This document shows, piece after piece, positions 44,461 to 57,263 of a stretch of 64,000 nt of DNA. This DNA comes from Ancylonema sp. (lineage: Eukaryota), in NCBI GenBank assembly GCA_050230475.1, contig JBFLGF010000115.1:1-64000 (forward strand), in the 5' to 3' direction. The translations under genes and the position numbers were made by a program. The notes under the pieces were generated by a model that had not been told where the DNA came from, did not search any database, and saw only the letters and a program-made list of their open reading frames with translations. The number at the start of each line of letters is the position of its first letter. The stretch's first letter is position 1.

Positions 44461-47400
44461 GGCGTTATCGTTCTTTTGCAGTGACTTGCATGGCAACAAA
44501 CTCAGCGGTCCCATCCCCACATTTTTTGGAGCATTCTCTTACATGTGAGGGCCTATCCGTGTTAGTGGTGAATTGGCCTTTGGATGACGTCATCGTAGAC
44601 ATCATTGTCGTTTGATGACATCATTGTCGTTTGATGACATCATAGGATGTACCCAATCTTATCCCGGGTTACATGATGGTTTCACTTATATTTGATCCAT
44701 TTTTTATGTGATATGTTATATTCCGCTTGGTTTAGGGATTTAAGCTCCAATTATCTAAGCGGCCCGATTCCTGAAACGCGCGGTTATATGGGCGACTGTT
44801 CCGTCGAATATTTGTGAGTCAGAGGGGATGAGTTCGTCTCTACTCGTGTTACCATCAATGTCGCATCCGCCATCTTTGCGGCTTACCCGCAAGGTTCATC
44901 ATTAAGCTCAAGTTCAGCATGTTTGTTGCGTTCGGTAGTGTTAGGGTGCGAGTGCTTCCGTTGCTTCGCAGGTTTTTGAATGACAATGCGTTGGATGGAA
45001 GTATCCCCTCGAGTCTTGGGAACTGCACGGGGTTGAATGATTTGTACGTCCGACTGGAATCGCAAGGAAACGGTGTCTAGAAGACGATACCCGTTCTTGC
45101 TCTTGTTTATCTACATTTACTGATTTCTTTCGCAACCAAGGATCTTGTGAAGGAGGTTGTCATCTTTTGAAGGGACGTTCACTTCTAGGTCGGATATGAC
45201 AGCGTCAATTAGAATGATAGATTCGCTCAAAATGATCGTTGTGTTTGTGTGTTCGTCCCCCCGTCTTGGAAGCACAGTTTCCTTTTGTGTATTCTCGACA
45301 CCCTCACACTCGTGTTTCCTTTTATTTCGTTGAAATGAAATGTCACGTGTTCAATGGAGTGCGTCGTTGGCGATAGATGTAAGACTTAAATATGTGCGAC
45401 CTTGACAGGTATCTTGGCAACAATCGTTTGAGCGGAAGCATTCCCTCCACGGTGTTGAAGCTGAACCAGCTCGTGAACTTGTGAGTAACTTATTTACAAA
45501 CAACGCACAGTATGTAGGGGTTCACACATCGGAATTCTACTTGTAAAATATATAGGAGAGTACATATTTGGGACGGAATATCATTATTTGTGTGACCAGC
45601 CAAGAATACAGTTTTTTGAAAAGTAGGATCGTGTATCGGCCCAATTGTGCTCACACGGTTTTTGTGTTCTTGTTATCAAGTTGATAACAACATCATTTCA
45701 AGAATCTTCACTTCGGGTCCTTCAATTTTGTCGCAATCACAGTGTTGTGACGTCCGTAACTTCAACCATAACCATAAACAACACCTTTCTCGTGACCATA
45801 ATTATAACCATAACCATAACCATAACCATATTCATTCTCATACCCATTGCAGTGACGCTCACAACAACAATTTGAGTGGAGTACTTCCAGACTTGTTCGG
45901 AGGGAAGTTGGTCAGCCTCCAGTTCTTGTAAGACCGATTCATGTGATCCCACGATCAAATGGGTCTAACGGCGCCTGTCAAAAATTGGCAACACATTCAT
46001 AAATAAAATAAGAAGGAACCTGTCGGTACAGGTTTTTGAACCACAACAACTTGAGCGGGAGCGTTCCGTCCCGGTTCGCCAATGCAACGCAAGTCTTGTT
46101 CTTGTAAGACCTCACAAAACCACATGTGCTTATTACCAAACATCAAAAGGTTGGGAGGTGATAAGATGATATCGATATTGACGTACATAGTTTTTTTTGA
46201 AAATATTGAGGTCAATAAGTTGCAAATGATTGTGTGACTCGGCCACGTGGACGACCCCGTGGCGACCACGTTAAAAATCTTGTTGTCCCAAGCGGGATTG
46301 ATAGTTCAAATTTGGGAACCATAATAGCCGTTCTCGAGTGGTTTTTTTCTTTTCTAGTCTTATTATATTGTTTTGTGTACTTATGTTAACAAATCAAATT
46401 TTGCGATGAATTGGAATATCGAAGGCACATATCAATTTATTTGGGGTATTTGGTGCTTATGGTATCGTTTGTGATCAGGAAACTCGACCACAACGACTTC
46501 ACGGGGTCAATCCCAACCTCCATTGGATATCTCACCAACCTCTTGTACTTGTGAGTCAAGCCACGTGGACCAATAAGAACACATGTTGTTATTGCAATCT
46601 ACAGTGGGAGGTGTTTCGAAATCCATACAAAAAAAAAAAGATGGTGGGATCTTAACAAAAGATCATGTTGAGATGAAACGGTTGACAACATGGAAGCAAA
46701 ATCTAAACCCATCGTCGTTTTTACTGCAGGGGCCTGGGCAGCAACCGACTCAATGGAAAGTTGCCCACCACGATTGGAGACCTTTCCTCCCTCACTACAT
46801 TGTGAGGAGACGTTGAATGATATTACAGCGATCAACCTTTCACTCACTCACAGATAGATTTTAGTGTCTAATGTGGTCTACGCATAGCACAAAAAAATGA
46901 CAGTCCATAACCTGTTCACTTCCCGTGGTGGATGGCACGCATGCTTCGTTTCTGACACGTGGCATTATGTATTGTGGGATGCAGAGATTTGTCTAAAAAC
47001 CGATTTTCCGGACCCATCCCTTCGAGTTTGGGGCGATTACCTCTTTCATCAATGTAATATACTTTGGCTGTGCACAATGATCACGCTCAAAACTATTCAA
47101 TCCGACAAGTATAGTTGTTGGGTTTATAATCCCTCGGTAAATGTTGCATGTGGACTTCCTGGTGTAGAGTTGTTGAATAACAAATGTATGTTGTATTGTG
47201 GTGTAGATGCCCCAACTTTCTCCCACAATTCACAGTTTTCCCACTTTTGAGCAAGGAGGTGGTGTCCATACTTGCGGATTTTGAGCGTCAACTCCACTCG
47301 TACTTTCGTATCGTACTTTCGTAGTCATACTGATGGCACGAGTGGGATCTCGAGTGAGTTGTTGCAAGCTTGTGGAGCACAACCGTCTCTCGGGGAAGCT

Positions 47401-50400
47401 TCCCTTCACATTCGCAAACATGAGCTCCCGTACCATCTTGTGAGATACTAGAAGGCACTTGGTTTTCAAATCCAATGTTTGTTGCACATTGTACATTGTA
47501 CATATGCAACACAAGTGGAATAACATCTTGTTGGTGTGAATACAACAAGCTTTTGACCGCACCACAGACTGGATTGTTGTTAGGAGTCTTGGCAATAATC
47601 GACTCAAGGGAACCGTCTCGACCATCATCAACAAGATGAGGCTACAAATTTTTTAAGTCGGCCTCAATGGTAGCGACGTAACACATTAAAGAGTGTGAAG
47701 GAGAGAAGTAGTGAGAGACATGGTTTTTTTTTCGTTTTTTTGAGGTTGGCAAGCATGATTGTCTATATTGTTGTCTATATTGTTGTATTTCGTACATCTT
47801 GACTTCGGATGGCTAAACTATTTCTTGCTACTTCAAAAAATCCGTGCAAAAGTGGAGGTGAGATGTGTAGTGCGGAGTGGAGGCAGTGTGGTGGTGCATG
47901 CAAGTGTTGTAGTGCCCATATATCTCGATGGTAGTTTTTCATGTTCGCAAGGTATCGGAGTAAACCGCTTGTAAGTTTTCTTTTTGTTGTGATCGTAGGG
48001 ACCTTTCACACAACCGCTTCCACGGACCTCTCCCTACTACTCCCACGTTATTGACCAACCCTCGCCGCTTCCTCTACGATGTGAGCTACAACTTCTTTTC
48101 GGGCACGGCAAACATCACATTTGTGGCAAAGAAGAAGAGTTATTCTCTTTGTACACTCCTCACCCCGGCACGAGCGAAAAGGGCGATGGCAAACAACACT
48201 GTACCGCTAGATGGTTTGGGTTTGGCCAACACCATCGCATATAATTGCCTCCAATTTCCGCCTACATTGAGTGGGTGTGGAAAAAAGTTTCCTCAACGCG
48301 GCTCAAGTGTTTGCTCAAAGATAGGGTCTTAGAACTCTTATAAATAAAGGTCAATATTTGTGTGCTAGGGATTTCCTTTGCCTCGAGTCCAAAAATCGCA
48401 CAATGTTGACGACGGTCATCTAAAGGCCATTACTTATTCATTGGGGTTCGAAGTCGTTGTTCTTGAGATAAATTGTAAATGCATTTGCAATTGGCCCTCG
48501 CTAGTTCGTAAGGGTTCATTACGTAATACTTGATATAAGGGTCATCGACATTCATAATCTAGGGACATTGTTAGTGGGAATCATTTTCATTGGTCTGCGT
48601 ACAGTGTCTAGTCATTATCGATAGACTAGTGAGGACGACATTCGGGATAAAATTGGCGAAACTACTATGTGACTAAGACTAGCGGCACCGCAACTTATGC
48701 TAGAATGTTTTAGGAACTTTGATACCTCGAGGGATAAAGTCAACTCGGTGACAACCTCCAACAAATTCATTCATCCATAAGTATTTCGCAGTCTATGAAT
48801 GTTGTCAGAAATTCACCAACGTACAATTAATAATAACATCTACGCACACATACCTTGATGAACTTAGTGGCTCGTCCACCCATGTAAATTTTGTGGCTTG
48901 ACCACCTAAGAATAGTTCGTGGCTTGGCGACCTTTTCACGTTCAATAAATGGTACATATCTCTTCGGGAGGTTCATGGCTGAAATTCAATGTCTATTTTT
49001 ACGCATGTATAGCGGGTACTACGAGATCAAGAAAATGTATTGTGTCGCCAATATCCTGGTATATGTTGGTATATATTGGTGCGCTCTTAATGATAGCAAG
49101 AAAAATAGTTTTGGGTCATCGGTGTTTTAGGGTAGGGTAGATTAAGCTCGCAAATCGATTTGCTCGCAACTGTACGTCTTGGCATCAACGCCAAGTCATC
49201 CAAGCGTTGAAACAAACATTGCAACTTAGAGTGATGTTTCTCCAACATCGACATCATAATCGTTGGTCGCAAGTTTCTTCCTTATGGTTGTGATTTAATA
49301 GGTCTCTTTGGTTTTATTACATATGTACTCATGGGGTTCCCGTCGTGTGTCGTATGGGGAGGCCTAGTGCCATTGTAGCGTGTCAATGTGTCGTTATGGG
49401 CAAGTGAGGTGCTTGTGTTAAATTTTATGTCGGTGTGAAGGGTTGGAATGTTGTGTTCGATAGCGTTGGATTTCGGAGACCACGAACTTTCCGCGGTTAG
49501 CCGTGAAGGTGTGCTGCTATTGGTACTCTAGAGCTACATTTATACCATGAGTCCTAGGTCGATAGTGTCTAGATCTAGCGTGTGTGTCACGCGTGCGACC
49601 GTCCCTTAGACTTTAAGGCCCAACGCTGCCTTTGTGAGCTCGTTGGTGCCCTCCTACTTAGAGTCTAGGGTGGACGCACCATACTCACCTTTTCGGCACA
49701 TTTCCCGAACACTATACATAATTTAACACGTGCGCTTGCACTCGTCTTTGCTTTGTATGTACTAACAAGCATCACTCTAGATGGAACGCTCATTAGCCTC
49801 ATAAATGCGCTGATTGCATTTCGTACACGAAAAAAATAATACCTTGTAAAACGACAAAAATGTGGTCGGGCAATACATAACGACTCGTACAAGTGTGTGC
49901 CACATGCAGTCGCGACGCCAAGAACTACGTGGAATATCTCAGAATGACCCATACCGTGCCGGCTAGGTTTACTTTCCCACCCTACCCGGGATGGAAATAA
50001 TACCATAGACCTAGCGATCCGTCCACTCCCCCAAAAACCGGGAATTAACCATTTTTAAGACCGAGAAATTGAGAAATACCGGGAATAAAAAACCGGGAAT
50101 TACCGAGAATATGCTAAAACAAAAACGAGAATTACAAACACCCTAGGAGCGCCCAAGGAATTAATATTTATGACCCGGATTTTAGACCCAACGTAAAATT
50201 GGTAATCAATTTTCGGCTCGTTAAACTTGGCCAACACGGTATGCGGTTTTATTTAGGGGCGTTACAGTTGTTTGTTTTTTCTTGGATCATAAAATCGTTT
50301 AACCCATCGTTAACATCGTTTAAATCGATTATATTCCTAAAAATTAGATTCATACCCAAAATCACATGTAATAACTAACAAATTTCCGATATGATTTCCA

Positions 50401-50509
50401 AAAATCATCGAAAATAACTAACGGGTACCCGGTTTCATTTCGAAAAATTATTACGATAGTCGACCTTCAAGATTTTTCCGGAACAGGACATAGTATTATT
50501 TTGATATTT

Positions 50510-52800
50510 CTCATCGATGAATTCTTCACTACGATCTGAGCGCAGATTTTTTGATGGTCTGTCCACTTTGTTTTTCCCAGATTGCTATCCACTGTTTAAG
50601 TCGTTGAGCAGCCTCATCCTTGCTTCTGAGAATTTATACCCATGATTTACGGCTGCACTCATCGACGATGACCAGGTCATATATGCCTCCTCCTATCGAT
50701 GCAGGTTTGAATGGCCCTGCGAGATCGACGGACACTCTACCCAATAATAATTTCTCGCCTGCTCCGGGCTCTCGTCGAGGGTGAGGCTTATCATGCGCTT
50801 TCCCAAGTCGACATCCATCACACCCTTGCATCACCCCAGAGATTCCTCCTTCCAGACCCCTCACCAATTCGTCATTTGCCATCTTCCTAAAGACTCGTTC
50901 ACTAGCATGCCCCATTCTCCCGTGCAGACACTTGACATCGATGGCTGCAACGACAACCTCTCCTTCTGTCGATTTTCGATGCTTCACTGGACTACACATT
51001 AGCGTGTGCCTTCCACTGATTGCTTCCCGCAGCGTGCACACTTGCTTCCCTGCTTCGGTGTTGACTAGAATTATTCCACCTGGCTTCCCTCCAGAGGTGT
51101 ACGACCATGCTGCTTGACGCAACTTCTGGCCGCTGAAAAGATTCACACGAATGCCAGGTATGAAAAGACATTCGTGTAGAGTGATGCCTCCACACTCTCC
51201 ATCTGTATCCAGCTCCACCGTCCCCCACTTCTCGACTTTTACACTGCCTTGTAGTTGATGAAGGATGAAGTCTTTCGGAATATCGATAAGCGTTTTGAAT
51301 TTCGATCGATCCCCGCAGGTGTGATGACTGGCACCTCCGTCATACAGCCACACTTCTTCCTTGCTCGTCATTCCGACATTTGCTTCCCCCACGACCCCTT
51401 CTGCATGTCCCATGTCTTCGAATTCACCAACGAACACATTTTGGCGAGAAGTTCGAACACCAGCACGTTGCATTCGAGGTACTTCGTTCTTCTTGTCAAA
51501 ACAAGTTCGTTGATGATGACCGATGGCTCCGCAATATTCGCACGCATCATCTTTGCCAGGGCAATCGCGAATGAGATGGCCCGGCTTGCCGCAAGCGAAG
51601 CACGATCGGCTGTCATTTCCACCTCTGCCACCTCTCCAACTGTTACCACCATCCTCCCGTCCTCGTCCACCGCCACCACTTCTTCCTCCTCCTCGATATT
51701 TCCCGCGACTCCCGAATCCCTGTCGTGCAGACCACTTCGCATAATTTGCTTCTGCGACCAATGCCTCTGCAGCCTCATCTTTTTTTCCAGGAGGATTCCT
51801 CGAGGAATTAGCTGGGCATAGTAACTCTTTTTCAGCATTCCGTATTTATTCTTGGACATGCGTGAAAAGAGTGCCATGATCATGTCGTCCTCATCGACTT
51901 TCAGCTTCTGATATCTGGCCCCACAGACTATCGTCATGAACTTATCCTTGATCTAACGAACGCTGTCATTCTCATTCACTTTGAAAGTATTCAGCTTTTG
52001 CTTGGATAGTTGTCGAAGCTCGGGTGTAATTTTGTCATAGTCATCGCGCAGCTTCGCCCACATCTTTGCTGGATTGCGTCTATCTTCCTCTAGACTTGGT
52101 GCGATATTATCGCTCACTAGCGACATGATCAGCATCGATGCTTTCTTCTTTCTCTCGTTATAGCTCTTCATCTCACTTGAGTACTCATTCATCTCATCGG
52201 CATTTTCCAGATCATCATCTGAGTCAAATTCTGGAACAACTTCGATTGACTCCGTAGCTCTGACTCAGTCCCGTCGCAAAGATCCAGACAATCTTCCGCA
52301 TCCAGAATGGCCGATGATTTTGTGCGCCATGCCTGAAATGGTACTTTGTCCTCATCTAGGATCGTGTATCTTGCTCTGATACCACTGTTACTACTTGATT
52401 CTGCCATCTTTGCAAATCGGTGTAGCAATTACTCTCCCATGAATCAATTAACTGAGCAAGACACAAGAATACTTCAACACAAGAGGCACTTGAGATCTCA
52501 AAACTTTGATTATTTTTTTGAGCGTAAAGATCGTTTTTTTAACGAGACAGCACAACCGCTACTGGCGCCGCACAAGTGATAAGGCTAATTCTCAATCTTA
52601 TCGACAACTAATCGACAAGTATCGACACGTGGCTAAAAGTGCCAAACAACAGGATATGTCATATCAGAACTAATCAAGATTCGATATAACAATCGACACT
52701 TGCCGAAACAAAGAAAATATATCGACAAAATAAGTCGTTGAATCGATGCTACTCCAAAATTGATATAACGAAAAACAAGTTCCCAGTATCCAAACTTAAT
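50510..52800 (-). mobile_element. 3'-truncated Ty1/copia element (5' LTR, PBS, gag, protease, start of integrase)
   Basis: LTR end TAACA at 52386, then PBS TGGTATCAGAGC (52384-52373). Gag FQAW..AKMWAKL; knuckles CFACGKPGHLIRDC and CEYCGAIGHHQRTC; protease WLYDGGASHH; HGRMGH..CDGC; VSVDLAGP. The LTR start was not located, so the right boundary is approximate. Confidence 0.85.
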
Positions 52801-53715
52801 AGAGTACAATGAAACGTCTAGACACCTTAAGAGAGCAATTGCTAGAGGGGAACCAACGGGGTCGCAGAATGCGGCGCCGCTTTGGACCGGACGCTAACTT
52901 GGGCACCGCACGTGTAACGATAGGCTGCCCCAAGTCTATCCTGACGCTATGACAACAAGATCTAGCAAATGACGCTGCAATCCTTGTGCACCAATAGCAT
53001 CACTCCTAACCGAGAAGATCGCGGAAGGTGCTTTCGGACTAATCTTATAGCGAGAGCTTCTAGAGTAATTATTCCCCGGTTTACACACAAGGCTGGCTAT
53101 AACGGGTGAAAGCCCTCTTTATACCGAACGATGCCAAATAGTTCGACGTCGTACGTTTTCATAAGTTCTTCGTCATGACAGAGATTTATTTTACTATTTT
53201 TTTTAACAATGCCAAAAAAGAAAGTATCCACGAATTTTTATTTCCGATATATTTTGTCCAAGGAAAACCTCTTAAACCCCCAAATACAGTGGTTACCCTT
53301 AACAAGTGGTCCGGATTTTTGGCCTAAAAGGTCGGACCCGAGTCCAGAAACGGGACCGTGGATTGAAGGTTGCCTATCCGTGGAGTAACTCTCTCTGATT
53401 TTTATCATTCATGAGCTCATGAGGTTCCCTCGTGTCTTTCATTTAGATTTTATTATCGCTACTATTTTCATTATTACTAGGCTACTTTTTCATTGCTGGT
53501 TGGTAATTTCAATGGCTCCGGTCTCCGATCCGGCCTTCGGTCCTGTCTTTGGGCTCGCAGCCTGGCTCATCTGGGCACTGGACTAGGAGCCGGGCTCTGG
53601 GCCACGATCTCGAGCCCGGAGCGACAGAAGCTCGGAGCCCAGACCGTTTGGGTGGGCTCCTCACACGCTCCCCGCCGTACAGATTCTGGATAAATGGGCA
53701 GCCACCTGGGACGCC

Positions 53716-54150
53716 TAGGGATGCGCTCCCCCGTCCCCCGGGTCCACCGTCCCCTTCTACTCAAATTACGGGGGAATACGGAGGACGCAACCGCAGGTTG
53801 GGAAAAAGGGGGAATTTGGGGATGCGGGGGGGGAAACGGGGGAAACGGGGGAATTACGGGGGACACGGGGGGGGATGGGTCTTGAATCTGGGCCAGGAAC
53901 ACGCCAAATTCTGGGTTGCCAACCGGTTTATCCTCCGTGCCCCCCATTTTCCCCCGTTTCCTCCCCCGTGTCCCCCGTTGTCCCCCGATTTGCCCCCCGT
54001 TTCCCCGGTTTTCCCCCGTGTCCCCCGTATGCAACCGTTGCGGCTGGGATTTTCCCATCCACAGTTGGTCCCCCGTATACGGGGGAGGCGGACAAGTAAC
54101 GGGGGAGTTCGCCTCCCCCGATTGATTTCAAACGGGGGAGCGCATCCCTA
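53716..54150. mobile_element. hAT (Ac/Ds-like) MITE, 435 bp, 8-bp TSD
   Basis: Perfect 19-bp TIR TAGGGATGCGCTCCCCCGT. TSD GGGACGCC at 53708-53715 and 54151-54158. G-run and C-run foldback arms. Confidence 0.93.
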
Positions 54151-54980
54151 GGGACGCCGTCCTGACCTGACCGTTAGAACGGTATTGGTCTGCTGCTCCG
54201 TCAGAGTCGGCGGCTTGGCGGCTCGGTGCCGGGAGGGAAGTTGTGTAGTACATCTTGTATTGCCAGTACACTAGTAGGCAAGCCTGGGACCATTGCTGAA
54301 GCGCACCGTGTACACCATGGTGCAGATATTATTCTCAATCATCCGAACAATAGATTTCCTCATCTAGTAGTGTACTCATCTTATTTTTTTGCGATTCTGA
54401 GAAGGCTGTCGTTGTGAATAAGGTGAGTTGAGTGCGTGAAAGGACGTCTTTCTTTTCGAGCATAGGTGAAGGTTCTCACGCACGACAAAGTGTGCGACCG
54501 TATTATTGCATCTTCTCGTGCATTTTTTTATGCGGAAATCATGTGCCATCATGTGCTTTTCTATGGAGAAACTATGAGCCATCAGGGCGTACTTCTGTAT
54601 AGTGCATGAGAAACTATAGTGCATACAATACTGCTATATGCGTAAAGCCTTCAAATATCCAGGTTTTTACGTTCTCCGCTACTTGACACCGTTTCACGGC
54701 GCAAGTGCTTACTTTCTGCACGCACCCTAATTTCTCACTAGGTTATGCCAAGATGAACATCAGAGTCGGTGCACTATCATTTTCTTTTATCCCGTCGAAG
54801 TTAGACGATCAAACGGCAAGAGAGATATTGTAGCCCCTCTGAGAAAAATCGAACTGTTTGATTAAGCAATTTTTGGCCCACGAAATTTTGTGACCTATTT
54901 TGTCCTCTACGGACCCTGACAGCGTTTCGCCTCGTGTTGCTAGGTCGTAGGCGGAGTGCCATTGAGCCTTAAGAGACGGC

Positions 54981-55745
54981 TTGGGAGCAATTTTGGTGAG
55001 GACGTGGGTCTACTTGAGTGGTTGCCTTTCCGACATGACTCATAACATTCGAGCACCTATGGGCAGCTTTCCAGCTCCCACACCAGACTGTACGCCAGCA
55101 CGAGCCGAGCTCGGCCACGAAACAATACCAAAAAAAGAGCGTCTCGCACTTTTCAGCCTTGCATATGGTCGCAAGGGCGGAATAAAAAGTAGTGATGAAA
55201 AGAAGTCAGCGACACTCGGAGTCCAGTATCCACCACCGTGCACAAAAAATCCTATCTTTGAAGGCACGGCTGTAGGGGTGGGGGGTCAAGACGTGTCTAA
55301 GACCCCCGTGATCTTCTATGTACCCCCCCTTACTATCCAGCCTATTGGGCCTCTTGAGGGCAAGCAATCCGAGGTAGTCACGGAGGGGGACGCGCTTTCA
55401 GATGCCTGTAGAAGCAACTTAGAATCCCGGAAGAAGGCTCCGGTGGGAATGCCTAGAGACGTTGCACATGTGACTTGTCGTGTTACTCCGCCCGTGTCTA
55501 AGGAAGAAGTATCGGATCTCGGCCATCCTGTAGCTCTCTTAGTGCAATCAACAACGCCAACTGCCGAAGAGGGTGAGATTTTGACAACGCCCGGTCCAAT
55601 TGCACAATTGCAAGTGGAGAGCCAGGTTGGGGCATGTCCAACACCTACCATGTTGGGGGGCGAGTCACAGACGACGGCTCCGGCCGGAGAATCGGCATCT
55701 AGAGACGAGGAAGAAGACGAGGAAGCCGTGAAAGAGAAGAGGTAA
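54981..55745 (+). other. 254-codon ORF of unknown nature in TE-rich DNA
   Basis: Open frame only (first ATG at about 55035). P/T/E-rich with an acidic tail and no recognisable domain. Confidence 0.2.
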
Positions 55746-56199
55746 AAACGGGGGCGAAAGCCGGATGCTGACGCCACATGCGAGGCACTGGAGCCTCCTC
55801 ATCAGGCACCCGCAAGTGAGCCCAAGCTCACCTCTACTTATGATCCACCTCCACGTATCGTGTTTGGCTGTTAAGGACCCTTTGCCCGTGCTGCCTAAGG
55901 CCAATGGCACGTGGTGGCCTCTTGGGGGGGGGCACATGGAAGGGTGTGTTTCTCTTAGTCATGGTGACGTGCGGTTTGGAGTTGGTTGGTCATGATGAAT
56001 TTCTGTAGAACTCAAAGGTGTCATCGATGTAGTTGATCGTTGTAGGAGAGTATTGGATAGATGAAGTGTTGTAGGTTTGGACTTCTGAAGTCGATTGTTC
56101 GGCTTCAGCAACTGCTCCTGAATGTTCATGTAGTGTTCGAGGTGGCTCGGCTACTCTCATTAAGTTGGGTTGCAGATTGAGTCTATGCTGATAACTAGG

Positions 56200-57263
56200 T
56201 GTTACGCTAATTCTATAACACTTTCTCGTGCGTGAATGTGTGGAACACTACTTGACGCCGAGGGCGAGTCGACAATTACTATCAACAATAGAAAGTCTGG
56301 AAAGGATTATTGATGGTTAACAAAATATTCTGGTGTAAAATATTAAGGTCGACAGCCGAAAGGTAAACTTTCGAGTAGAAAGTTCGGTTGTCAAACGGTG
56401 CGTTGACAGATGTTGATTGATGGATGTGGTTTGTTGGTTCAGTTAGAACGTCAACAAGTGGTTGCGCGTCGTTATCGTATTGGGCTTGGTGCGAGCGGTG
56501 ACAGATCGATACAAATCGACAAAGTAGTTCTGGCTCAGTAAGAGCGTCAGCAACGTGGTAGTTGGTTAGAACTGGCTCAGTAAGAGCGTCAGTACTAAGA
56601 TGTGATGGTAAAGAATCAAGTTTTACAGGCTGGCTCGGTAAGAGCGTCAGCTGAATACACAAATGATGACAGGAAGTTGCGAAGGTCACTTCGGTCAACT
56701 TACAGAATTTGTCGACGGTAGTCGCACTAGTAATTGTAGTCAAGATACATAGATGATGACAAGAACTGGCGTCAGCCAGGAGTTGCAGAATTCAGAGAAT
56801 ACAATAGATAGGATTTGAAGAGAATATATTTTGAAAGTTTCTTGACGGCGCAATCTGACAGCGGAAGCTGGCAGATCTGTAAATTGAAAATGTATTTATG
56901 CTGCAATCGTCTAATCGTACAAACTAACTAGAGTTTAATCGACAAGGTCAATCGATAGGTTGTACTCTAGAAAGTTCTATTTAATCTTGGCGCTACAAAT
57001 TCAGACGTCAAGTATTCTACGGCTGGATTTTGTCGCCGGGATAATATCGACAAGTCAGAAATATCATCATCAATAACAAACTTGCGCTAAGCGCTGAAAA
57101 ATCGACACGCAGTCTAAGTTGTACGACTGCTGGATATTATACTCGGAAAATACGCCACGCGTTATTTTCGAGTTTACAAAAAAGTTGTTGGATTTTGCGG
57201 AGACTGCTTCTATCTTCACACAAAATCATGAAATCTTTATATCGAATCTGATTGCTTCTAACA
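56200..57263 (-). mobile_element. Putative LTR (about 1.06 kb) followed by a GTTATCAGCA PBS-like site
   Basis: Minus strand TGTTAG...CGTAACA (TGTTA/TAACA inverted ends), then CCTAGTTATCAGCA. Internal repeat CTGGCTCAGTAAGAGCGTCAG x3. No recognisable gag follows. Confidence 0.35.

Larger units (their letters stand above)
30166..48332 (+). pseudogene. Plant-type extracellular LRR gene, one LRR per exon, no TM or kinase domain; no 5' exon found and three broken splice sites (probable pseudogene or partly decayed gene)
   Basis: Phase-2 exons encoding xLxxNxLSGxIPxxIGxLxxL: 30166-30237, 30823-30894, 39864-39935 (AA acceptor), 40569-40640, 41475-41546, 42315-42386, 43100-43171, 43860-43931, 44482-44544, 44736-44813, 44972-45043, 45409-45480, 45853-45927, 46032-46103, 46479-46550, 46730-46801, 46985-47053, 47368-47439 (AA acceptor), 47584-47652 (TT donor). 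The terminal exon 47999-48332 encodes DLSHNRFHG..DVSYNFFSG..NCL..C..QR..C and stops. Confidence 0.8.

Noticed and set aside
49100..49150. GHRCFRVG as a tyrosine-recombinase HxxR motif
   Set aside because: A single short motif with stops nearby and no other recombinase or DIRS hallmarks.
49666..50150. hAT element bounded by TAGGGTG...CACCCTA with CCGGGAAT repeats
   Set aside because: The TIR match is only about 7 bp and the flanking 8-mers differ; probably fragments of separate elements.
53549..54151. 200-aa Gly/Pro/Arg-rich ORF
   Set aside because: It runs through the GC-rich hAT MITE.
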